From NCBI GenBank assembly GCA_964473665.1, contig CAYYPV010000036.1:1-40246 (forward strand): a stretch of DNA of 40,246 nucleotides, in the 5' to 3' direction. Source of the stretch: an uncultured Candidatus Bathyarchaeia archaeon. GTDB lineage: Archaea; Thermoproteota; Bathyarchaeia; RBG-16-48-13; CAYPFQ01. Under the pieces are notes generated by a model, which was given only the letters and a program-made list of their open reading frames with translations, made no database searches and was not told where the DNA came from. Positions 7,051 through 15,825 of this stretch are shown piece after piece (position 1 is the first letter of the stretch; every line of letters begins with the position of its first letter). The translations under genes and the position numbers were made by a program.

Positions 7051-8088
7051 TTGGGCGTAGATCTAAAAGATTTAGTTTCAAAGAAATCCGTCAAACTCGA
7101 TGATTTAACTGGCAAAACAATAGCCATAGATGCCTATAACGCACTGTATCAGTTTCTATCCATAATAAGACAACCCGACGGCACACCACTCATGGACAGG
7201 CAGGGAAGAATTACAAGTCATTTAAGTGGGCTCTTCTACAGAAACGTAAATCTTCTTGAGAAAGGGCTGAAGCCTGCTTACTCCTTCGACGGTGAAGCCC
7301 CATCATTAAAAGAAATCGAGATAAAGCGTAGAGTAAAAGTCAAAGAAGAAGCTTTAATCAAATACGAAGAAGCCTTAACGAAAGGAGATATGCAGACAGC
7401 AAGATCATACGCTCAAGCGACTGCGCAATTAAAGGACTATATGGTTGAAGACGCAAAAAAGCTTCTAGAATTACTCGGAATACCTTGGATTCAGGCTCCA
7501 TCCGAAGGTGAAGCTCAAGCCGCATACATGTCCGCTAAAGGAGATGTATGGGCAGCAGCAAGTCAAGATTACGATGCGATACTTTTCGGCGCTCCCAGAT
7601 TAATTCGCAACGTAACTATTACAGGTAGACGAAAACTTCCGCGAAAAGAAGTTTACATCGAGGTTGTACCCGAGATCGTAGAATTAAACCAGGTTCTAAG
7701 AGAACTTAACATTACACGAGAACAGTTAGTTGATCTTGGCATTCTTATTGGAACTGACTTTAACCCAGAAGGAGTGAAAGGGGTAGGTCCGAAAACCGCG
7801 TTAAAACTAATTCGGCAGTATGGTAGTTTAGAAAAAATTCCTTTTGAATTAAAAGGCACCGATTTTCCCGTTAATCTAGATGAAATAAGAGAAATATTTC
7901 TGAAACCAAAAACCACTGAAAAATATACTCTAGAATGGAATCAGCCAAATGTTGAAGGGGTCGTCCAGTTTCTATGCGGTGAAAGAGATTTCTCTGAAGA
8001 AAGAGTTCGGAATGCACTTGAAAAAGCAACTTCAGGTTTCAAGGAAGCAAAAAGCAAAGCTACTCTAGAAAATTTTTTCGGATTCTAA
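7051..8088 (+). CDS. fen: Flap endonuclease 1 (FEN1)
   Basis: (M)GVDLKDLV...GKTIAIDAYNALYQFLSIIRQPDGTPLMDRQGRITSHLSGLFYRNVNLLEKGLKPAYSFDGEAP is near-colinear with Pyrococcus FEN1. I prefer the TTG at 7051, which gives the conserved MGV N-terminus. The track ORF starts at the GTG at 7030. Confidence 0.93.
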   Translation: MGVDLKDLVSKKSVKLDDLTGKTIAIDAYNALYQFLSIIRQPDGTPLMDRQGRITSHLSGLFYRNVNLLEKGLKPAYSFDGEAPSLKEIEIKRRVKVKEEALIKYEEALTKGDMQTARSYAQATAQLKDYMVEDAKKLLELLGIPWIQAPSEGEAQAAYMSAKGDVWAAASQDYDAILFGAPRLIRNVTITGRRKLPRKEVYIEVVPEIVELNQVLRELNITREQLVDLGILIGTDFNPEGVKGVGPKTALKLIRQYGSLEKIPFELKGTDFPVNLDEIREIFLKPKTTEKYTLEWNQPNVEGVVQFLCGERDFSEERVRNALEKATSGFKEAKSKATLENFFGF

Positions 8089-8182
8089 GCTTCCGATAAT
8101 TAAAAATCGCGTGGAAATTATAGCTACATTAAAAGCTATTATTCCATTATCCTAATTCAATGTTAAGTAGCGAGGCATCTAT

Positions 8183-8614
8183 TTGATGGTAATTGAGACA
8201 ATTGTTGCTTTTGGTCACCCTAATATTAGGGCTACTCATGAAACCACATTTGAAGTAACAAAGGAGTCGCACTTAACCCTACGAGGTGACTGCATAATCG
8301 CTGTTAGAGCGTCGAAAGGGGCTTCAGACCTGGATCAGCGATTTAAAAATATCGCAAAAAGACCAAACTCCAAAATAACCGTGGTAATCCAAGCAGGGGA
8401 GTTTAAAGAAACTGTGATTGGAAGTGGGAATCCGCAGCTATCCTTTAAGCACCCTACAGATCTAGTAGCGCGCAAAAGTGACTTCGTCAGCAACCGCACC
8501 TTAATGATTCACTCAAATAAGGCTGCATGCGATTTCTCACGCAGATTTATTACAGTCCTGCGAAATCCCGCTCAAGAAGTTAAAGTAATTCTGAAAGCTG
8601 AAATAAACGAATAA
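8183..8614 (+). CDS. DUF371-family protein of unknown function
   Basis: AFGHPNIRATHETTFEVTKESHLTLRGDCIIAV resembles the conserved N-terminal block of archaeal DUF371 proteins, assigned from memory. The TTG at 8183 is followed immediately by an ATG at 8186. Confidence 0.55.
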   Translation: MMVIETIVAFGHPNIRATHETTFEVTKESHLTLRGDCIIAVRASKGASDLDQRFKNIAKRPNSKITVVIQAGEFKETVIGSGNPQLSFKHPTDLVARKSDFVSNRTLMIHSNKAACDFSRRFITVLRNPAQEVKVILKAEINE

Positions 8615-8625
8615 ACCTTTCCGCC

Positions 8626-9690
8626 CTATCGGATTATAACATCTACAGCCACAAGCCACTCATGTGGTGCTGTAGGCTTAACTAATCTCATTTTTAAAAT
8701 CTCTTTTATCGTTCTTCCCGTTTTCACCATTGCACCTGAAAATCTTTCTTTAACTTTATCAAGCGGATTAGGTTCAGCCGAAAACCCATAGTAATGGATA
8801 ACTCCCCCTTCAGGCTTCAACGCTTTACAGGCTACATCAACGTAGGAAACTGCTTCAGCAGGAAGATTCATTATCACTCTATCAAAAATCCCTGAGAGAT
8901 TATTCTCTATAAGTTTTCTCGCATCTCCTTGAATGACCTCCACTCGAGTTTGAACCTTATTTAAAACAATATTTTGCTTGAGGTAGCGAACAGCATCAGG
9001 ATTAATGTCAATAGAGTAAACCTTCGCTTCATGTCTCTTCGCAATTAGAACTGAGAACGGCCCTACTCCCGCAAACATGTCTAGTACAACTTCACCGTCG
9101 TTGACTTGCTCCGCAACACGTTCACGCTCATAGGACAGCCTAGGGCTGAAGTAAACCTTAGCTAAATCTAAACTGTAAACACAGCCATGTTCATGATATA
9201 TTGTTTCAGTTTTACCAACTCCAGCAACTACCTCAAACTCTCTCACCCTATACATGCCGCCAACTGCACCAGACTTCGCTAAAACCGTTCGAACATTCCT
9301 ATGAAGAACCATCACGGCCGCTCCTATCATCTTTCTTTGAGATTCCAACTCAGGCGCAATTTCAACAACAGCTATATCCCCTATAACATCGACTGATTTC
9401 GGTAAACTAGCTAAAAGGTAAGGTGGAAGTCTTTTCTCCAAAATTTCTGCAAGTGATTTCGGAATCCTCTCCACCGACACGAAGTCAAATTTAGACACCT
9501 CAAAACTCTTTAATTCTTCATTAAGCTCCTCTAACATTTTTTTCTGCGGCTCTATAATCAAAGGAATTAAAATGAAGTCGCCATCACGCTGAACTTTAAG
9601 GCGCTTATCAATTAGGCCTACACGATTAACGAATAAAATTGCTTTTTCGCCTAAGCTTTTCTGAACTTTTAAACATGCAGCATTAGGCAA
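8626..9690 (-). CDS. trm5: tRNA (guanine37-N1)-methyltransferase Trm5b (Met-10+ family)
   Basis: MPNAACLKVQKSLGEK...AKVYFSPRLSYERERV...VLDMFAGVGPFSV...YSIDINPDAV...RVIMNLP...GGVIHYY is colinear with M. jannaschii Trm5 (MJ0883), as I recall it. Confidence 0.9.
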   Translation of the reverse strand: MPNAACLKVQKSLGEKAILFVNRVGLIDKRLKVQRDGDFILIPLIIEPQKKMLEELNEELKSFEVSKFDFVSVERIPKSLAEILEKRLPPYLLASLPKSVDVIGDIAVVEIAPELESQRKMIGAAVMVLHRNVRTVLAKSGAVGGMYRVREFEVVAGVGKTETIYHEHGCVYSLDLAKVYFSPRLSYERERVAEQVNDGEVVLDMFAGVGPFSVLIAKRHEAKVYSIDINPDAVRYLKQNIVLNKVQTRVEVIQGDARKLIENNLSGIFDRVIMNLPAEAVSYVDVACKALKPEGGVIHYYGFSAEPNPLDKVKERFSGAMVKTGRTIKEILKMRLVKPTAPHEWLVAVDVIIR

Positions 9691-9693
9691 TGC

Positions 9694-10599
9694 TTATTCC
9701 TCGGAAATTCTAGCTCCAGTAGCAGCTTTTTCGTTTTCAGGATATTTCTCAAAGAGCTCTTTTCTCCTCGCCTCAAGCATGTCAATTTCTCTACCGAGAA
9801 ACTCTGCAGCTGTAATAACTTTGACACTCCTATCTTTTGCAGCGTCGTAAACCGGCTTTATTCGGGATAAATATCGAAGATCTCTCATAAGGTGATGCTC
9901 CGGCAAAATTACTTGAATAGGGGTTTCCTCAATTATCCTAACCAAATTTTGATTAGTGACTTCCAGACTTTTATACGAATAACGAAAACCAAGCATATAT
10001 GTCATAGGGCCGTCCAAAATCAACGTATCTGGCTTCTCGTCAAGGATAAACTGTGCCTGTTCAGGTAAAGAAGGTCCCTCAATATCAGATGTGAAAAGAA
10101 CCTTCTCTCCACCACATGTTACGCTGACCTCAGTTACATAACCAAGCCTCGGATTAGTACCATGACACACAGGAGGCGAAAACTTTATTTTTGTTTTTCC
10201 ATGCTGAAACTCTTTTCCATCGGAATATTCCAGCTGCTTAGGATATTTTTTCAATTGCCCCAGAAAATATTCTGCCCTCTGTTTTTGACTAAAATTTATT
10301 TTCTCAATAGGATGCTTAATGTAAACAATTTTTTCTTTATATATCTCCGGCTCATTCGGATCATGATGATCGTAGTGATAATGCGTTAGAATCAAAATAT
10401 CCGATTCCTCAACACGATTCTTAATCAAACCCCAACAATCATCCATACGCTCAAACTCAACAGAATGCGGCGGAAGCCCATATCGAACCGGCGCAAGAGA
10501 TACACCAGGATCAATTACAATCTTAACATCATCAGTTTCAACGAACGTGCTCATCGACCTAACTCCAAAACTGTCAAAAGCTAGAGGCTCAACCTTCAA
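9694..10599 (-). CDS. Metallo-beta-lactamase-fold hydrolase (archaeal UPF0282-like)
   Basis: HxHxDH-type motif THYHYDHHD. The N-terminus MKVEPLAFDSFGVRSMSTFVETDDVKIVIDPGVSLAPVRYGLPPH is typical of the archaeal UPF0282 family, assigned from memory. Confidence 0.7.
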   Translation of the reverse strand: MKVEPLAFDSFGVRSMSTFVETDDVKIVIDPGVSLAPVRYGLPPHSVEFERMDDCWGLIKNRVEESDILILTHYHYDHHDPNEPEIYKEKIVYIKHPIEKINFSQKQRAEYFLGQLKKYPKQLEYSDGKEFQHGKTKIKFSPPVCHGTNPRLGYVTEVSVTCGGEKVLFTSDIEGPSLPEQAQFILDEKPDTLILDGPMTYMLGFRYSYKSLEVTNQNLVRIIEETPIQVILPEHHLMRDLRYLSRIKPVYDAAKDRSVKVITAAEFLGREIDMLEARRKELFEKYPENEKAATGARISEE

Positions 10600-10623
10600 C
10601 TAAACAAACCTTCTAAATGGAGG

Positions 10624-10727
10624 CGGGCCCAGGGGGAATTGGACCCCCGACCTTCGGATTTCCCTCAGGCTCGTTAAGAGTCCGCTGCTCTAGGCGGTTT
10701 CCCTCTACCTGACTGAGCTATGGGCCC
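10624..10727 (-). tRNA. tRNA-Lys(CUU) with two 15-nt BHB mini-introns at positions 22/23 (10690-10704) and 37/38 (10660-10674)
   Basis: - Acceptor stem: GGGCCCA/TGGGCCC, discriminator G, no encoded CCA.
- Removing AGGGAAACCGCCTAG and ACGAGCCTGAGGGAA yields a 74-nt cloverleaf.
- The cloverleaf has D arm GCTC-AGTCAGGTA-GAGC, anticodon loop CTCTTAA, variable loop AGGTC and T arm GGGGG-TCCAATT-CCCCC.
- Each intron folds into a 4-bp central helix flanked by 3-nt bulges, plus a 2-bp helix closed by a tetraloop.
- Caveats: C at position 55 and a G27-A43 mismatch. Confidence 0.75.
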
Positions 10728-10813
10728 CCCGTACCTATTGGCTTGATGCGAAGCCTAATAATATTCCTTCCGTCGTAAAATAAAATACAGAAAATTATGT
10801 TGGCGGTCAAGCT

Positions 10814-11254
10814 ATGGTTAAAATAGTGCTTGCCTCTGGTGCATTTGATTTACTCCATTACGGTCATCTCAAGTTTCTTGTGGAGGCGAAAAAGGCGGGG
10901 GGGAAAAATGCGAAGTTAATAGTCATAGTTGCTAGAGACTCTACAATTGAGAGATTGAAAGGTGAAAAACCGGTTATTCATGAGGATCAAAGAAGAGCTC
11001 TTGTAGAGGCGTTAAAGCCGGTGGATGTCGCTATACTCGGTTATAGAAACCTAAGTTACGAGGGGGTAATCACCAAAATTAAACCAGATATTATAGCGGT
11101 TGGGTACGATCAATCATCGGTTAAGAAAGCTCTTAAGAAGATTGTAGCTAGAAAAAAGCTTAAAATTAAAATTGTTTCCTTAGGCAAATTTGCGAAAGAA
11201 GAGTTGGATAGCTCTTCTAAAATTAAGAGAAAGATCGTGAAAGCTACAGCCTGA
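10814..11254 (+). CDS. ribL: FAD synthase (FMN adenylyltransferase), archaeal RibL type
   Basis: VLASGAFDLLHYGHLKFLVEAKKAGG...LIVIVARDSTIERLKGEKPVIHEDQRRALVEALKPVD matches the cytidylyltransferase-like (T/H)xGH fold and M. jannaschii RibL. Confidence 0.8.
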   Translation: MVKIVLASGAFDLLHYGHLKFLVEAKKAGGKNAKLIVIVARDSTIERLKGEKPVIHEDQRRALVEALKPVDVAILGYRNLSYEGVITKIKPDIIAVGYDQSSVKKALKKIVARKKLKIKIVSLGKFAKEELDSSSKIKRKIVKATA

Positions 11255-11290
11255 AGCGGCTGAATGGAAGGTTACTAATTTTTATAGATT

Positions 11291-12358
11291 TCAAGTCGTT
11301 ATGATTTGGTTCACGTTTAAGTTTAAAACGATCTCTGCGATATCACTTGCGTACTCTGCAGTCCGGCGTATGCTTTCTAGTATCATCCTCACATCTGACA
11401 TTTCGGATAATTCAACTTTTTTTGAAACGGCCTTTATCACTTCGTTCTCCATTGTAGCTATTGTTTTCGCTTTTAAAACTACATTCTCAGCTAACATGTA
11501 ATCTTGCTTATACAGAGACTTAATCGAATCGTCGAATACCGATCTCGCGAAAGAACTCATTTCAGATATTCTCTGAAAAACTGAATCGCTGAGCTTATCA
11601 TCCAACAAAAGGACGTTTTCAGCAATTTTGACAGCATGGTCAGCTATTCTCTCCACCGACTTTGCGATAACTCTATAGCCAAGACAGTCTCGCGGGTTGG
11701 AAAGACCAATATCCTTCAGAATCCTCTCATTTTGCACAGCAGCCTTCAATTGACGTATTATATACAAACCGAATCTATCTGCTTCATCGTCTAATGCAAT
11801 TACTTCCTGGGCGAGCTTTTTGTTAAGCTCCTTTAAAGCCTGCAACGCATCCTCATGCATCGACGTAGCAATGAGGCACATTCGCCTCAAGGCACTTTCA
11901 ACAGACAGCTCCGGGTAACTGAGCAAAATCTGCAGCCTCATCTCATGAGGCGAGTCTGAAATAATCTCAGTGCCGACAAGCTTTTTTCTCGTAAGCTCCT
12001 TGATGAAGTTTCTCTGGAGAGAAGTTATGCGTTCATCCTTCGTCTTTATCCTAATGAAATTGTAACCAATTAGGTAGAGTGCGACAATTTTTCTCAATAT
12101 TGTGTCCGGCTCATCTTTCTGAGACACGACAAAACTGGCTTCCCCAAGCTTCACAGGTTTAACCATGGCTTTAGGCGTCAAGAGAAGCGATACATCACCT
12201 TGTTTCAATAAGGTCAGTTCGCTTCCAGCCTTTAGATTCATTCTTGTAACCCACTTCTTCGGCAGAGACACAATGTAGGTCGACTTACCTGTTATCTGGA
12301 TTCTCCTAGTTTCCTCCCTTAAACCCTCATCCTCCTTTTGCTCCACTGAACAACTCAC
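11291..12358 (-). CDS. Phosphate-uptake regulator with an N-terminal AbrB/SpoVT DNA-binding domain fused to two PhoU repeats
   Basis: ITGKSTYIVSLPKKWVTRMNLKAGSEL is an AbrB-like swapped-hairpin motif. The C-terminal two-thirds carries PhoU-type helices (ERIADHAVKIAE, RRTAEYASDIAE). It is transcribed divergently from pstS. Confidence 0.8.
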   Translation of the reverse strand: MSCSVEQKEDEGLREETRRIQITGKSTYIVSLPKKWVTRMNLKAGSELTLLKQGDVSLLLTPKAMVKPVKLGEASFVVSQKDEPDTILRKIVALYLIGYNFIRIKTKDERITSLQRNFIKELTRKKLVGTEIISDSPHEMRLQILLSYPELSVESALRRMCLIATSMHEDALQALKELNKKLAQEVIALDDEADRFGLYIIRQLKAAVQNERILKDIGLSNPRDCLGYRVIAKSVERIADHAVKIAENVLLLDDKLSDSVFQRISEMSSFARSVFDDSIKSLYKQDYMLAENVVLKAKTIATMENEVIKAVSKKVELSEMSDVRMILESIRRTAEYASDIAEIVLNLNVNQIITT

Positions 12359-12361
12359 CCT

Positions 12362-12412
12362 TTCTATATAGCAGTATTTTTTCTATATTTTCTATTTTAA
12401 CAATGTATATAG
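12362..12412. promoter_or_regulatory. Repeated AT-rich motifs in the divergent AbrB-PhoU / pstS control region
   Basis: TTCTAT occurs three times (12362, 12381, 12390). TATATAG occurs twice (12365-12371 and 12406-12412), both directly upstream of the regulator start at 12358. These are candidate TATA or operator elements. Function is not demonstrated. Confidence 0.3.
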
Positions 12413-12649
12413 TACTTTTTGCCTAACCATTATTGCGTTGGTTTAGCTATGACAACAATTGAAAGCACAATTCTCGCGATATACATCAAAGAAGTAACAG
12501 AAACTTCAGGCGGAAAAGTGGAAAAAATTAATGAAAATTACGCTAAATCACCATTTAACTGTAAAGGATGTCTTTTAGGGTTACACGAAAACTGCATGTA
12601 CACACTAAGAGAAAAACTACTCATATAACCAAAAAAGAGGAAAACAAAA

Positions 12650-13972
12650 ATGGAATCTCAAAACTCTCAAAACTCCCAAAAAACCAAGCAAAAGAAAATG
12701 AACTACAAACTAATCGGTGTTGCAATAATCATAATCATCGCCTTAGTAGGCGGCGCACTAGGTGTCGCCTTAGTCACACGGTCGCCAAACACAGTAACGA
12801 CAGCAACAGCGACACAAACAGTGACTTCATCAGGAGTAACTACAGCAACAATAACAGCAACAACAACATCAACGGCAACATCATCATCAACATCAAAAAC
12901 GCTACCATCAGTAATACTAAATGGCGCGGGATCTACATTTCAACAACCCGTGCTTAGTGTTATGATTCCTGCTTATGAAGCAACGAGAACCGACATCGCC
13001 CTAACCGTAAACTACCAAGGAGTAGGCAGCGGAGCAGGCATTTCAGACCTCGAAGCCGGAACAGTAGACTTCGCCGCTTCAGACGTACCCGGTGCTGTAA
13101 CACTGCCCACAGGAGCACCCGCATCCACACAAGTGCTCTGGATACCGGACACAATCGGCTGCGTCACAGTGTCATATAATCTCAAATTAACTAATGGCAC
13201 TGTCATGTCAATCCACGATCAACCACTATACCTCAATGGTTCGGTAATCGCTGGCATTTTTGACGGCCAGATTACCTCATGGAACGATCCACATATAGCA
13301 GCTCTTAATCCAAACATTGCATCATTGTTGCCCGCCAAAAGCATAGTTGCTGTTCATCGCTCCGACAGTTCTGGAACAACCTACATCTTTTCAGGCTACT
13401 TATGCAAAGAAAGTAGCTACTTCAACGCTACAGATGGACCAGGTCCAAGCAAGACAACTGTCTTCACGGCTCCCAATCTAGTAGGTGCAAACGGTAATGC
13501 GGGAGTGGCGGCTGTTGTTCAAGGAGATACGTACAGCATTGGTTATGTTGAATTGGCTTACGCATTACAGAATACGATGCCAGTGTCAGCGATTCAGAAC
13601 GTACAAGGCAACTGGATTCTGCCTTCACTGAACAGCACCCAGATAGCAGTACAAGCAGCAGCCTTAAGCGGACTCCCAGCAAACAATCAGAGCTGGACAA
13701 AGGTAAGTCTTCTTAACGCCAACGCAGCAGGAGCTTATCCGATAGTTGCCTTCACCTATCTGGTAGTATACAAAGAACTCGACGTAATCCCAGGAATGAC
13801 GCAGTCCATGGCAACAGCTCTTGCTCAATTCCTTTACTGGGTTGTGCAGACAAGCGGCGGACAGAGCTATTCAAACGGTATATCGTTCGCTCAACTTCCA
13901 TCAAACGTAGTCACAATAGACGATGCCGGGATACTATCACTGACCTTCAATGGGCAGTCTCTAAACGTATAA
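12650..13972 (+). CDS. pstS: Phosphate ABC transporter substrate-binding protein PstS, membrane-anchored with a Thr/Ser-rich linker
   Basis: It has a TM anchor (IGVAIIIIIALVGGALGVALV), a linker (TTATATQTVTSSGVTTATITATTTSTATSSSTS), then NGAGSTFQQP, YQGVGSGAGI and HRSDSSGTT, which are PstS-type motifs. An alternative start is the Met 16 codons downstream (12698). Confidence 0.88.
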   Translation: MESQNSQNSQKTKQKKMNYKLIGVAIIIIIALVGGALGVALVTRSPNTVTTATATQTVTSSGVTTATITATTTSTATSSSTSKTLPSVILNGAGSTFQQPVLSVMIPAYEATRTDIALTVNYQGVGSGAGISDLEAGTVDFAASDVPGAVTLPTGAPASTQVLWIPDTIGCVTVSYNLKLTNGTVMSIHDQPLYLNGSVIAGIFDGQITSWNDPHIAALNPNIASLLPAKSIVAVHRSDSSGTTYIFSGYLCKESSYFNATDGPGPSKTTVFTAPNLVGANGNAGVAAVVQGDTYSIGYVELAYALQNTMPVSAIQNVQGNWILPSLNSTQIAVQAAALSGLPANNQSWTKVSLLNANAAGAYPIVAFTYLVVYKELDVIPGMTQSMATALAQFLYWVVQTSGGQSYSNGISFAQLPSNVVTIDDAGILSLTFNGQSLNV

Positions 13973-13985
13973 CACCTTAGGTGCT

Positions 13986-14023
13986 GGGAATCATCAGAAA
14001 CCTTTTTTCTGAGCTTGATTCCC
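13986..14023 (+). promoter_or_regulatory. Intercistronic stem-loop between pstS and pstC
   Basis: The outer stem GGGAATCA (13986-13993) pairs with TGATTCCC (14016-14023). The inner stem TCAGAAA (13994-14000) pairs with TTTCTGA (14006-14012). That gives 15 bp in total with a 3-nt bulge, starting 14 nt after the pstS stop. Confidence 0.6.
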
Positions 14024-14046
14024 ATTAATCTTGAGGGCATACTGGC

Positions 14047-14985
14047 ATGAGGCCAAAACTTTCAGGAGACCTTTTATTTAAGATACTGACCACTGTCCTT
14101 GCAGCCTCAGCCGCTGTCATTCTAATCGTTATCGCATACACTCTTTTCACCGGCTCTCTGCCTGTTTTAAAGTGGTCTGGACTATACTTCTTCACAGGAA
14201 CAAAATGGAATGCAGTGAGGATGCTATACGGTGCGCTTCCTTACATGCTTGGAACGCTTGTCACTTCAGCTATCGCCCTTATAATAGCCGTACCAATAAG
14301 TCTTGGAATAGCGATATTTCTTGCAGATATGGCTCCCAGCGCACTAAGAGTACCAATTTCATATCTTGTGGAGCTACTCGCAGCGGTTCCCAGCGTGATA
14401 TTTGGACTATGGGGACTATTCGTGATGCGTTTTTGGGTTGTCAAATACATCGAAACTCCTTTATCCACTTACTTAGGATGGTTTCCAGCATTCAGTGGGA
14501 CACCCTTCGGTCTTGATGTTCTCAACGCTGGAATAATCTTGGCAATTATGATAATACCCATAGTATCGTCAATATCAAGGGAAATCATTCAAGCTGTTCC
14601 TAACTCAGTCAAAGAAGGAGCCTACAGCATCGGCGCAACAAGGTGGGAAGTAATTAGAAACTGGGAGTTAAACTACGGTCGTTCCGGAATATTCGGCGCG
14701 GTCATCCTAGGTCTAGGTAGAGCAGTCGGCGAGACTATGGCGGTCACCATGTTAATAGGAAACGCTGTCGGCCCTGCCGCAATCCCCATTTCCCTTCTAA
14801 AACCAGGCCAGACAATGGCATCTCTTATAGCCAACGATTTCGCGGAGGCGACAAGAGGATCTATAGAATACAGTGCGTACATAGGCGTCGGATTGTTCTT
14901 GCTCTTGGTAACTCTATCGATAAATGTGATCGCCCACTTCATTGTAGCTCGCTCCCTCAAGATTAAAGGAGGTGCCGTAGAGTAG
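14047..14985 (+). CDS. pstC: Phosphate ABC transporter permease PstC
   Basis: Polytopic membrane protein with the EAA-type loop SVKEGAYSIGATRWEVI and the GETMAVTMLIGN block typical of PstC. It lies in pstS-C-A-B order. Confidence 0.9.
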   Translation: MRPKLSGDLLFKILTTVLAASAAVILIVIAYTLFTGSLPVLKWSGLYFFTGTKWNAVRMLYGALPYMLGTLVTSAIALIIAVPISLGIAIFLADMAPSALRVPISYLVELLAAVPSVIFGLWGLFVMRFWVVKYIETPLSTYLGWFPAFSGTPFGLDVLNAGIILAIMIIPIVSSISREIIQAVPNSVKEGAYSIGATRWEVIRNWELNYGRSGIFGAVILGLGRAVGETMAVTMLIGNAVGPAAIPISLLKPGQTMASLIANDFAEATRGSIEYSAYIGVGLFLLLVTLSINVIAHFIVARSLKIKGGAVE

Positions 14986-15825
14986 ATGACTAGCTACACG
15001 TACAGGAAGTTTAAGAATAAATTATTCTTCTGGCTCAGCCTAGGATGCGTCATCATCGCTGTTCTGCCTCTACTTAGCATCCTCTTTGAAGTCGTTATAA
15101 AGGGGGCGCCGCAGCTCAGTATTCAGTTCATTACTAAACCCGTTGGTATAATGGGCCAGTCTGCAGGAGGCATCGGTCCTGCGATACAGGGTACTCTAAT
15201 CCTAATCGGCCTTACTAGCCTTATTGGCATACCGATCGGCGTAATATCTGGAATATACCTTGCCGAATACGGCGACAACAAGTATGCTGACTCAATAAGA
15301 ATAATCAACGGTGTACTTACCGGGGTTCCATCCATAGTGATCGGAGTCACGGTATTCCTTGCCGCCGTTATCTTTCTCAGGCACTTCTCTCCTCTTGCAG
15401 GCGGCCTCGCTCTTTCTATAATCGCAATTCCGATAATCGCCAGAACCACTGAAGAATCATTGAAGCTGGTCCCAAACTCTATTCGTGAAGCATCACTTGC
15501 CCTTGGAGTGCACAAGTGGAGAACCATAATCAGCGTTGATTTGCCAGCTGCTAAATCAGCTTTGATTACAGGTATTCTTCTCGCCGTGGCTAGAATCGCA
15601 GGAGAAACTGCGCCTTTAATCATGACAATTCTCGGCAGTCAGACTTTCTTCGAAGGATTCAATCAACCTATGGATGCTCTTCCTTTGAGAATTTGGAGAG
15701 ATGCACAGCTTCCATACGCCAACTTTCAAGCGCAAGCTTGGGGAGCAGCTCTAGTTCTGATTTTAATAGTCCTAAGCCTTAATATCGGCGTTAGAATAGC
15801 AAACAGAGGTAGACTTGTTAAGTGA
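14986..15825 (+). CDS. pstA: Phosphate ABC transporter permease PstA
   Basis: The ATG follows the pstC stop directly, with GGAGG upstream. [16 protein letters not shown] and IAGETAPLI are PstA motifs. Confidence 0.9.
   Translation: MTSYTYRKFKNKLFFWLSLGCVIIAVLPLLSILFEVVIKGAPQLSIQFITKPVGIMGQSAGGIGPAIQGTLILIGLTSLIGIPIGVISGIYLAEYGDNKYADSIRIINGVLTGVPSIVIGVTVFLAAVIFLRHFSPLAGGLALSIIAIPIIARTTEESLKLVPNSIREASLALGVHKWRTIISVDLPAAKSALITGILLAVARIAGETAPLIMTILGSQTFFEGFNQPMDALPLRIWRDAQLPYANFQAQAWGAALVLILIVLSLNIGVRIANRGRLVK

Noticed and set aside
12790-12900. An ACA/ACG/GCA-rich low-complexity DNA stretch that looks like a microsatellite.
   Set aside because: It is in frame within pstS and encodes the Thr/Ser/Ala linker typical of membrane-anchored, probably glycosylated, archaeal binding proteins. 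It is not a regular tandem repeat.
12419-12957. ORF 12419-12628 (69 aa) upstream of pstS, and ORF 12568-12957 (129 aa) overlapping the pstS 5' end in another frame.
   Set aside because: The 129-aa frame is a low-complexity read-through of the Thr-codon-rich pstS linker region. The 69-aa frame has no recognisable domain, signal or SD, and it lies in the probable pstS leader. I kept it only as a note in the promoter finding.
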